From Candidatus Poribacteria bacterium (GTDB lineage: Bacteria > Poribacteria > WGA-4E > WGA-3G), in NCBI GenBank assembly GCA_965242965.1, contig OZ251518.1, positions 1,344,001 to 1,408,000 on the forward strand: a stretch of DNA of 64,000 bases, read 5' to 3'. The notes below the pieces were generated by a model that had not been told where the DNA came from, did no database searches, and worked only from the letters and a program-made list of their open reading frames with translations. This document shows, in pieces, positions 20,930-29,882 of this stretch. Each line of letters starts with the position of its first letter. Position 1 is the stretch's first letter. The translations under genes and the position numbers were made by a program.

Positions 20930-21760
20930 TGGACCGGATCAAACCACGCCCCGGGGCTATTCCAAATCCCGATATGCGTGAGTTGTTCCGTTTCTCCACC
21001 GTTCAATGCAACTTTGAAAATTTGAGCAGACCAGGGCGCATTGCCATCATGCTGCTGATAGTAGTTGTCTGCCTCGGCTGCCAAGGGTGTGCTATCCAAG
21101 AGCCTCTCATAATTAAAAATGTGAGCAGGATTATCACGATTATCAGGATTAGCAAGATTAGGAGCAGGAGACCGTAGTTCGGAATCGCCTGATCCCGAAC
21201 GGATGCATGGCGAGGAGAACCCCTTTCCGGGCCCGTAGCGCGGGGGCCTGTCCCCCGCGATCGTTCGATCTACGCGAAAAACGCACGCAGACAAACGCCG
21301 TTTCCCTCCCGATCGAGGCACGGCGAGGGACAGGCCCTCGCCCTACGGTGAAACGGAGACAGCCTTGCAAACTGTAGCGCGGGGGCCTGTCCCCCGCGAT
21401 CGCAAGACCCGCGCGAAAAACGCACGCCAACCAACGCCGTTTCCCATTCCGATCGAAGCATGGCGAGGGACAGGCCCTCGCCCTACGGTGATGACGCTAT
21501 AATCTTGCTAATCGTGATAATCTTGAAAATCCTGATCATATCTTGCTCTTATCCTGCGCCAGACAAAAAAAGCCAAACTTATATAGGCGGCTTTGCGTTA
21601 GAATTTATACTTTAGATAAATCTCGCGATTCCCATCGCGATTCGCACTAAAAACGATTTTGGCCGTCGCAGGCACTGCCATCACTTGATAAACTGATAAA
21701 CGCTAAAGGCCCCACGCCGCCGCTTAACATGCAAACAAAAGCAAGCTATCTCAGTTTCAT
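20930..21760 (-). pseudogene. Split, degraded TolB/PD40-family paralog
   Basis: 5' piece (about 21610-21760) encodes [22 protein letters not shown] with an upstream stop and frameshift; 3' piece (about 20930-21070) encodes QIFKVALNGGETEQLTHIG..AWFDP; the middle is occupied by repeats. Confidence 0.7.
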
Positions 21761-21810
21761 CAGACGCGTCTCCTGCAGTCACTGAGCCACTCGCCGCCTT
21801 GGCGTAACAG

Positions 21811-22809
21811 TCAAGGCGATGTGGCTTTGAGGGCACCCCACTGCGTGGTTAACAGATGCGGTTGCGGCGATACCGGCAACGCATACGCCGGATCGAACCA
21901 CGACGCATCATGATTCCGCCCGAGGCCCGTGAGCTGCCGCGGGGCATCGCGCGCTAGAACACGTTTAAAAATTTGAACATCTTCAAAATTGAAGGGATCT
22001 TTCACTTTTTGCTGATAAAGAAGGGCATCACCGCGCGGGGACCAAACCGGCTTCGTTGCTGCTGCCCCCTTGCCGCCCACCACATGCTTCACCTCCGTCC
22101 CATCCCGATTTACGATATAAATCGCCCACAGATGACGCACATCCAGCAGGCCCATCGGATGCATCGGCAGTTTGATACCCGCAAACGCGAGCCGGTCTCC
22201 ATCCGGCGACCAGGCGGCATTTTGCATCACAAACCTCAACTGTGGCAGCAGCACGTCTACGTGGCGCGTCGGGACGTGGAGTTGCCGGATTCTACCCAGT
22301 TTCCAACTATCAAAGGCTATCTCGGTGCCATCCGGCGACCAGGTGGATCCGACGCGCTGAAAATCGATAGGCGCAAGGGATGTCTCCTCGTGCCCATCGG
22401 GGGTAGCGATGTTCAACGTCGCCGCGGCGGGGCGCGTGAAAACAATCCACCGGCCATCGGGAGACCAGCCCGGGTCTTCCCGCTGCGTTTTCTCCTCGAA
22501 CACGCGGCGAACATGCCCACCGTCAGCATCCATCAGATAGAGATCGCGGAGGCCATCGCGGTCGGACACAAACAGAATGTGTTCACCTGTCGGCGACCAG
22601 GCCGGATCGAAATCGTCGGCGGGGTGCGCGGTGAGATTGGTTTCGTCACTCCCATCGGGCTCCATGACATAGATGTCCCGTTGGTCCAGCCGCGAGGAAG
22701 TGAAGACGATTAGGGCAGTTTCGGGGGCTTTGGCCAACACCGCGTCCGGCAGACCTACACCGAGTGTTAAAGTCATCCCCAAAACGAGGATGAGGTATAT
22801 CGATTTCAT
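21811..22809 (-). CDS. TolB-like PD40 beta-propeller protein
   Basis: Repeated PAWSPDG motifs, signal peptide, C-terminal [25 protein letters not shown]. Confidence 0.85.
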   Translation of the reverse strand: MKSIYLILVLGMTLTLGVGLPDAVLAKAPETALIVFTSSRLDQRDIYVMEPDGSDETNLTAHPADDFDPAWSPTGEHILFVSDRDGLRDLYLMDADGGHVRRVFEEKTQREDPGWSPDGRWIVFTRPAAATLNIATPDGHEETSLAPIDFQRVGSTWSPDGTEIAFDSWKLGRIRQLHVPTRHVDVLLPQLRFVMQNAAWSPDGDRLAFAGIKLPMHPMGLLDVRHLWAIYIVNRDGTEVKHVVGGKGAAATKPVWSPRGDALLYQQKVKDPFNFEDVQIFKRVLARDAPRQLTGLGRNHDASWFDPAYALPVSPQPHLLTTQWGALKATSP

Positions 22810-22914
22810 GAAACATATCTCCTCTACTGCAGCCGGCGAGGCCGCACAGCTCTTGAAAGAAATTATACCACACCTCGCACAAAAACGGCGCACAAAAATG
22901 TCAAGTGTTTTTCG

Positions 22915-23919
22915 TTACCGCACTTTGGCTTTGAGGGCACCCCACTGCGTGGTGAGCACAGCCGACTTGGGCTCCACCGGCAGCGTCGCCGGATCAAACC
23001 ACGCCGCCAATGTATTCGCCTGATACGTATCAAAGGCCACAGCCTGCGTGAGTTGTGTCGGCACCCGATGAACCACATCTATTTTGAAGAGTTGCAGTTG
23101 CCCCCCAATTTCTTGCTGATACAGCAGCGCATCACCCCGCGGGGACCAGACCGGATGAGCCGCTTTCGGACCCGCCTCGGGGACTACTAACTCTATCCCT
23201 GTCCCATCTCGATGCGCAATGTAGATTGTCTGCCGGTCAAAAAAGCCTACCGGCAATTTGCCACCCCGCAGCGGATGGGGAAACCAAGCAAACGCCACGC
23301 GGTCAGCGGTAGGTGACCAGGCAGGTTGCCACTGCCACGGGGGCAGCGGCGGCGGCAAGAGCAGCTGCACCACACGGGTGCGGCGGTTCAGAAGCCCGAT
23401 GCGGTTGTGGCCCGGCAAGCCCACCATAAACGCAATCGTTGTCCCATCGGGAGACCAGGCAGGACTTTGGCCCTTGGCGAGGCGTTCCTCCTGTGTGCCA
23501 GCAATTGTGGCGACATAGATGAACCACTCACTGCCTTCATAGCGTTGATAAGCAATCTGTTTGCCATCGGGTGCCCAGGTGGCATTGGTGCGATGCGCCA
23601 CCTTGCGGAACACTCGGCGCACATGCGCCCCATCGGCATCCATCACATATAAGTCACGGACTCGGACGCGATCGGAAGTGAACAGCAGCTGCGCACCAGT
23701 GGGAGACCAGGCTGGAAACAGGTCATCGGCGCGATGCCGGGTGAGGTTCACCTGGCCACTCCCATCCGGGTTCATCAGGTAAATCTCGCGATTCCCATCG
23801 CGCGCTGAGGTAAACGCGATTTTCCCCGTCGCGGGCGCACGTGTGAATCCCGGTCTCAGACTCAACAACCACAACACCACGACGAGCAACAGAAAAGGAC
23901 ATAACTGCAACTGTTTCAT
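22915..23919 (-). CDS. TolB-like PD40 beta-propeller protein
   Basis: [24 protein letters not shown] repeats, TTQWGALK tail. Confidence 0.85.
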   Translation of the reverse strand: MKQLQLCPFLLLVVVLWLLSLRPGFTRAPATGKIAFTSARDGNREIYLMNPDGSGQVNLTRHRADDLFPAWSPTGAQLLFTSDRVRVRDLYVMDADGAHVRRVFRKVAHRTNATWAPDGKQIAYQRYEGSEWFIYVATIAGTQEERLAKGQSPAWSPDGTTIAFMVGLPGHNRIGLLNRRTRVVQLLLPPPLPPWQWQPAWSPTADRVAFAWFPHPLRGGKLPVGFFDRQTIYIAHRDGTGIELVVPEAGPKAAHPVWSPRGDALLYQQEIGGQLQLFKIDVVHRVPTQLTQAVAFDTYQANTLAAWFDPATLPVEPKSAVLTTQWGALKAKVR

Positions 23920-24612
23920 AAATCGCCCAACGTCGCGGGGGACAGGCCCCCGCGCTACGGTGAAAAAAACGCCATCCCTTCACGTAGGGTAAGGGACAGG
24001 CCCTCGCCCTACGGTGAAACGGGGCCGTTCTTCCAAGAAAATGTCCCGTTACCGTAGCGCGGGGGCCTGTCCCCCGCGAGGCTGCGATAGACCCAGGCAC
24101 GGCGAGGGACAGGCCCTCGCCCTACGGTGAGGGGGAAGCGTTCTTCGGCTCAGAAACTCTCCGGTTACCGTAGCGCGGGGGCCTGTCCCCCGCGAGCGTC
24201 CCGTAGGAGAGCCCTCCCGGTCTCGATGCAATACCATATCGGGACAAGGATGTCCCGCCTACCGGGAAAACATCAAGACACCCAATTACGGTGAGGGGCG
24301 TTCTTCGGCTCAGAAACTCTCCGGTTACCGTAGCGCGGGGGCCTGTCCCCCGCGAGCGTCCTGTAGGAGAGACCTCCCGGTCTCGATGCAATACCGTATC
24401 GGGACAGGGATGTCCCGCCTACCGGGAAAACATCAAGACACCCAATGTCGTTTGTAAGCGTCTGAGCACAACCAGGGCAAACGCAGGTGCTCCTTACCTA
24501 TAGGCAGGGCGTACCCGAATAGGTCAAGATGGGCACGCCTTACCTCATCGAGACCGGGAAATCTCTCCTACCTGAAGAAATCGAGACCAGGAGGTCTCTC
24601 CTACGAGGTCTC
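23912..24612. repeat. Intergenic REP-like cluster
   Basis: Multiple GTAG hairpins of families A/B/C/D; about 24135-24285 is repeated at about 24295-24445. Confidence 0.9.
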
Positions 24613-24644
24613 ATCACCTTGCACAAAAACGTCAAATGTTTTCG

Positions 24645-25637
24645 TCACGGCCCTTTGGCTTTGAGGGCACTCCACTGCGTGGTGAGCACATGCCGCCCCG
24701 GCGACACCGGCAACGCATACGCCGGATCGAACCAGTCCGCCAAGTCATTCGCCTGATACGAGATGCCGCCTGATGTCAGTTGGACCGGCGCGCCCCCTAC
24801 CAAAGCCTTTCTGAAGATTTGCAGGTAACCCATATCATCCTCCTGAGTATAGAGAAACTCGTCACCGCGCGGAGACCAGGCTGGATTCAGGGCCCGCGAA
24901 CCAGCCTCAGGCACCAGTTGCTGCAGCCCCGTGCCATCCTGATTGATGAGATAGATTGTCTCTGTCTCCTGAAAGTCTCTCAACGGCCGCCGGTGCAGCC
25001 AAGAAAACAGTAGCCTGTCTCCTGAAGGACACCACGCCGGTGTCCGAGCCGACGAAGGTGCCGCGCCCCGCGGCGGAAAAAATACCCGATGAGTTCGCGT
25101 GCGCACGCGGAGGAAACGGATTTGCAAGCGAAGTGGTACATCAAGACGCTGCAGGAAGGCTATCGTTGTCCCCGCCGGTGCCCAAACAGGTGCCATGCCA
25201 CTCGCAAAGCGCGTCTCCTTTTGCTGCCCAAGGGTCACGATGAAGACGAACCACGCGCCAAGTTCGCGGCGCGCATAAGCGATTTGTGTCCCATCCGGAG
25301 ACCAGGTCGGAAGGCTTCTATACGCCGACTTGCCGAAAACTTTTCGCACGTCAGTGCCGTCACTCGCCATGAGATAGAGGTCGCGGATGCCATCCCGGTC
25401 GGACACAAACAGAATGTGTTCACCCGTCGGAGACCAGACCGGCAAGAGATCATCGGCGCGATGCCGCGTGAGGTTCACCTGTTGACTGCCATCCACGTTC
25501 ATCAGGTAAATCTCGCGATTCCCATCGCGTGCCGAAGTAAACGCGATTTTCCCTGTCGCGGGCGCACGTGCCAAAACAGGGAAAACGCTCGCGATGAACA
25601 CGAGCAGACTCAAAAGACGCACACGTTGAAGTTTCAT
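24645..25637 (-). CDS. TolB-like PD40 beta-propeller protein
   Basis: Same motifs as its neighbours; [25 protein letters not shown]. Confidence 0.85.
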   Translation of the reverse strand: MKLQRVRLLSLLVFIASVFPVLARAPATGKIAFTSARDGNREIYLMNVDGSQQVNLTRHRADDLLPVWSPTGEHILFVSDRDGIRDLYLMASDGTDVRKVFGKSAYRSLPTWSPDGTQIAYARRELGAWFVFIVTLGQQKETRFASGMAPVWAPAGTTIAFLQRLDVPLRLQIRFLRVRTRTHRVFFPPRGAAPSSARTPAWCPSGDRLLFSWLHRRPLRDFQETETIYLINQDGTGLQQLVPEAGSRALNPAWSPRGDEFLYTQEDDMGYLQIFRKALVGGAPVQLTSGGISYQANDLADWFDPAYALPVSPGRHVLTTQWSALKAKGP

Positions 25638-25670
25638 GAGTTGTTCTCCTTAAAGATGAGCTATTGAACA

Positions 25671-26172
25671 GAGAGTGTTTCATAAATCGCTCAACGTCAC
25701 CCCTGTAGGTCAGGATCGCCTGATCCTGACCCGTTCGGGAGCAGGTGCTCCCGAACTACAGAGATGGGCCCGATGCCTTCTGGAAGCATGGCGAGGGACA
25801 GGCCCTCGCCCTACGGTGAAACGGGGCCGTTCTTCCAAGAAAATGTCCCGTTACCGCAGCGCGGGGGCCTGTCCCCCGCGAGGCTGCGATAGACCCAGGC
25901 ACGGCGAGGGACAGGCCCTCGCCCTACGGGGAGGGAGGGGCGTTCTTCGGCTCAGAAACTCTCCGGTTACCGCAGCGCGGGGGCCTGTCCCCCGCGAGCG
26001 TCTTGTAGGAGAGACCTCCCGGTCTCAATGCAATACCGTATCGGGACAAGGATGTCCCTTCTACTGAGGAGGCCCGGTAGGAGAGACCTCCCGGTCTCGA
26101 TGCAATACCGTATCGGGACAAGGATGTCCCTCCTACTGAGGAGACCCGGTAGGAGAGACCTCCTGGTCTTGA
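25671..26172. repeat. Intergenic REP-like cluster
   Basis: Terminal motif at 25671, E/F doublet, A/B and tandem C/D doublets; largely re-uses blocks seen at 23990-24260. Confidence 0.9.
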
Positions 26173-26180
26173 TTATCTCC

Positions 26181-27254
26181 CTAATCCTCTTTGACGTTCC
26201 CCCACGTTGTCGTTAACGAGCGCACCGAAGGCGAAACATCGCGCGCCGTCGGGTTCAACCAATCGGGACTCATATTAGTTCCCGCGCGCGTGAGTTGCGT
26301 TGGCGCACCACCCTTCAGGTCCGTTTTGAAGAGCTGAAGGGACAGATTGGGGACCCGGGAGAAGCCTGTGTAAATCAACTCCGTGCCGCGGGGTTCCCAG
26401 GTGTGAGTAGCGAGGGCTTCATCTTCCTCCTCGGTCAGCTGCTGAAGCCCCGCTCCCTCGCGAGTCACAAGGTGGAGCGTCGTCTGCTGAAACGCGAGAA
26501 ACCCATGGTTATCTAACTGCCCATCAATGGCAGCAAAACTGAGGAGGTCACCCGCAGGAAACCAGCGCGGCGAAAATGTCCACGGCATGTCCTTGCCGAG
26601 GAGCGTTTCTTGGGTGCGCGCCTCCAAATCGAAGAGCCCCAAGGGGGTGTGTTCCATGGCCAGGCCTCCCACGATGAAGGCTATCTCGCGCCCATCAGGA
26701 GACCAGGTGGGGAGAAATCCATCCGTTAATTTTTCAACGGTGTCGCCGGTGAGTGTCGCGACGTAAATCGCGAGGTGCGGATAGGGAACGAAGCGGATAC
26801 CGAATTGGAGAACGGCCTTTTGCGCATCTCCCGATGCATAGGCAATCCGTTTGCCATCGGGGGACCAGGCGGGGTTCATGCGATAGGCGAGGGTTTCAAA
26901 CACCTTCCGGACATTTGTGCCATCGGCATCCATCAGATACAGATCGAAAACGTCCGCATCCCGATTGGAACTGAACATAATCTGCTTGCCATCGGGAGAC
27001 CAGGCGGGGTCGTAATCTTCCGCCGGATGCTGCGTTAAATTGCGCTGCCCGCTGCCATCGGGATTCATGACGTAGATTTCGGCATTGCCATCCCGCTTGG
27101 ACATAAAGGCGACTGTCGCTGTCGCCGGGGTTTGTGCCATCACAGCCAGGCTGGTACTGAGCATGAAGAACCCACAACTGACGTAACTGAAGATGAGAAG
27201 TTTGAGGGAGGCACCCTCGGCACGAATTAGGCTAGATATGTGGTTCATTATCAT
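26181..27254 (-). CDS. TolB-like PD40 beta-propeller protein
   Basis: RDGNAEIYVMNPDG, PAWSPDG repeats, SLTTTWGNVK tail. Confidence 0.85.
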   Translation of the reverse strand: MIMNHISSLIRAEGASLKLLIFSYVSCGFFMLSTSLAVMAQTPATATVAFMSKRDGNAEIYVMNPDGSGQRNLTQHPAEDYDPAWSPDGKQIMFSSNRDADVFDLYLMDADGTNVRKVFETLAYRMNPAWSPDGKRIAYASGDAQKAVLQFGIRFVPYPHLAIYVATLTGDTVEKLTDGFLPTWSPDGREIAFIVGGLAMEHTPLGLFDLEARTQETLLGKDMPWTFSPRWFPAGDLLSFAAIDGQLDNHGFLAFQQTTLHLVTREGAGLQQLTEEEDEALATHTWEPRGTELIYTGFSRVPNLSLQLFKTDLKGGAPTQLTRAGTNMSPDWLNPTARDVSPSVRSLTTTWGNVKED

Positions 27255-27426
27255 GGGAATACTCCACGCGTTCGTTTTGGTTTTTGAGAGGAGTTTCGTG
27301 GTTGAAAACCTTCGCAGTTATACCACCAAACTCCGATTGCTCAAATAATAACACGTTTTGCAAAAAATGTAAAGTTTGTGGAAATCAAGGATAGGCATTT
27401 AGTTTTGCAATTTTCTTCCGGCCCCA

Positions 27427-27840
27427 CCGTAGCGCGAGGGCCTGTCCCTCGCGTGCAGCAAGCCATGCTCTGGCAACCGTAGCGCGAGGGCCTGTCCCTC
27501 GCGATCGCACTTGCGCACGGACCTGCCCCGGCAACCCCCGAAAACCGTAGCGCGAGGGCCTGTCCCTCGCGAACGTTCACCGTAACATAGACATTGCGGG
27601 GGACAGGCCCCCGCACTACGATAACAGGACGGTGCCCTTTCATACCTGCGCACGGACCTGCCCCGGCAACCCCCGAAAACCGTAGCGCGAGGGCCTGTCC
27701 CTCGCGATCGCTCAATCACCGTAGCGCGAGGGCCTGTCCCTCGCGAACGTTCACTGTAACATAGACATTGCGGGGGACAGGCCCCCGCACTACGGTAAGA
27801 AGGCGGTGGCCTTGCGGGGGACAGGCCCCCGCACTACGGG
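27427..27840. repeat. Tandem REP-like cluster
   Basis: Five copies of CCGTAGCGCGAGGGCCTGTCCCTCGCG plus three inverted GCGGGGGACAGGCCCCCGCACTACG. Confidence 0.9.
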
Positions 27841-27864
27841 AAAACGGAGGTCCTTTCCTTATTA

Positions 27865-29766
27865 CTAACTCGCCCGATAGACTTCAACGATGTCCGTGAT
27901 AACACGCCGACGGTTCTTCCAATTCAGGCGCGCAGGTGGAATGAGATAGATACCGTCCACAGGCACGCTGTCTTGACTCCGAATCTCCTGAACCAGATCG
28001 AGCGTCAACTTCATTCCCAGTTCGTGCGCCGCTGTATCGCCGAGGTCGCGGAATTTATCAACGATGAACTGCGGGATATAAAGCCCCAGATTATCGCGTA
28101 GATAGGAGGCACTGCGAAAACCTGTCAAGGGAAGAATGCCGTAAAGGATTTTGATGCCGAGGTGTTCCGCCGCTTTCTGCGCACGCGCAATATCCTCAAA
28201 CGTCCAGACCGGTTGCGTATAGGCGAACTTTGCCCCCGCCGCCACCTTACTCGCCAGGTGCTTGACATGCGGGTTCAGGTTCTCCGCAATCGTAAAGCCG
28301 CCGCCGTAGTAAAACGCGCACGGTTCGCCGATTGACGAACCGTCGGCGAGTTCACCGCGATTCAGCCGGGCGATGAGTTTCATCAATTGCACCGCGCCGC
28401 GCACATCAGGCACGAGACTTGCAGTCTCATAAGGCCCCACCTTCGGATGGTCTCCTGAAAGTGCGACAATGCCTCGAATACCAAGGGTTTCTGCCTCTAA
28501 TAGGTGCGACTGCATGCTGATGAGGTTGCGCGAACGCGTCGTCCAATGGATGAGCGTCGGAATCTGCGTCGCCTGCTGCAGCCGATATGCCGTGCCTACC
28601 GCGCCGATATTCACCACCGCGCCGGAATTATCCGTTACATCAAACAGATCTACGCCGATAGCCGCTAAGGTTTTTGCCTCTTTGAGCAGTGCGCGCAATT
28701 GCGGGAACGTATTCGCGCGCGTCTCCACACTCACGATGCGTTCGCGCGTCTCAAATACCTGCTGGACAGGGTTTTCAATTGTCGGCAAGACAGCCCTGTC
28801 TCGATGCCGAATCCGGTGTGCTCTCGGCAGGACGAAAATGCGCGACTCGCGTTTGACAGGCGTTTTTCCGGGTGCCTGTCGCGCGACAGCCTGCCGAACC
28901 TTGGCGGTGTATTCTGGCGTTGTGCCGCAACAACCACCAATTATATTCGCGCCGAGTTCCACCAGTTTGCGCACGTAGTCGCTGAAAATCTCGGCATCGA
29001 CGGTGTAGGAGAGCGCGATTTCTCCCTGTTCCACCCTCGGATTGCCGGCGTTCGGTTGCACGACGAGCGGCACCTTAATAACAGGCGCGAGGAGCTCCAT
29101 GGCTTCCACCAGATCATGCGGGCCTCGGCAATTGATGCCAACAGCGTGCGCGCCGAGCTGCTCTAATTCTTGCGCGAAGACGCGCACATCAACACCTGCA
29201 CCAACGGTGCCTCCTGAAATGCCGCTAATTTCGGCGATGACCGGGACATCATAAGTGAGTGCCTGTTTCGTCGCGATTTTCGCCTGCTTCGGCGAGACGA
29301 ACGTCTCCAATAAAAGCAGATCTGCGCCTGCATCCACGAGGGCATCCATCTGCTCTCTGAAAAGTCGGCGAATCGTCTTAATAGTGGGTTCAGGCTGCGC
29401 GTGGAAGGGCAGCGGCCCCACCGAACCCGCTACGTAGCAGGTTTCCTCCGCGACTGCGCGAGCGAGTTGCACCCCGGCGCGATTAATCGCCGCAACTTGT
29501 TCTGCCAAGCCGTGGTGTGCCAACGCCTCTCTATTCGCCCGATAGGTGTTCGTCTGAATGATATCCGCACCCGCGTCGCGATAGGCACGATGGATTGCCT
29601 CCACGATAGGTGCGTAAGCGTCATCAATATTACAAGCATCGAGATACTGCAGATGCGCGGGGATACGTTTTCGGAGTTCCGTGCCGATGGCACCGTCGCA
29701 TATCAGAATTTGACGCGCGAGGGTTTCTAGGAAGTCGGTTTTGGAGAGTGGATTAGAAATCGCCAT
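27865..29766 (-). CDS. yitJ: Bifunctional homocysteine S-methyltransferase / methylenetetrahydrofolate reductase (YitJ-like)
   Basis: CDGAIGT, AGADIIQTNTY, GINC, IGGCCGTTPE; C-terminal MTHFR-like VTDN, RNLISMQSHL, GAKFAYTQP. Confidence 0.88.
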   Translation of the reverse strand: MAISNPLSKTDFLETLARQILICDGAIGTELRKRIPAHLQYLDACNIDDAYAPIVEAIHRAYRDAGADIIQTNTYRANREALAHHGLAEQVAAINRAGVQLARAVAEETCYVAGSVGPLPFHAQPEPTIKTIRRLFREQMDALVDAGADLLLLETFVSPKQAKIATKQALTYDVPVIAEISGISGGTVGAGVDVRVFAQELEQLGAHAVGINCRGPHDLVEAMELLAPVIKVPLVVQPNAGNPRVEQGEIALSYTVDAEIFSDYVRKLVELGANIIGGCCGTTPEYTAKVRQAVARQAPGKTPVKRESRIFVLPRAHRIRHRDRAVLPTIENPVQQVFETRERIVSVETRANTFPQLRALLKEAKTLAAIGVDLFDVTDNSGAVVNIGAVGTAYRLQQATQIPTLIHWTTRSRNLISMQSHLLEAETLGIRGIVALSGDHPKVGPYETASLVPDVRGAVQLMKLIARLNRGELADGSSIGEPCAFYYGGGFTIAENLNPHVKHLASKVAAGAKFAYTQPVWTFEDIARAQKAAEHLGIKILYGILPLTGFRSASYLRDNLGLYIPQFIVDKFRDLGDTAAHELGMKLTLDLVQEIRSQDSVPVDGIYLIPPARLNWKNRRRVITDIVEVYRAS

Positions 29767-29882
29767 ACTTCTGTTGGGAAGGTAGGCGCGCTTTGATGAA
29801 AATTCAGTAACAAAACGGAGTATCCGCAAAGTTATCCGTTTTAATGCTGAACCTTCATGCAAGCGCGCCTGAGGAGAACATC

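Noticed and set aside
29782-29870. Canonical SAM-I or cobalamin riboswitch upstream of the YitJ-like gene
   Set aside because: The conserved core motifs are not visible; only a simple long hairpin is supported, which is reported as a finding
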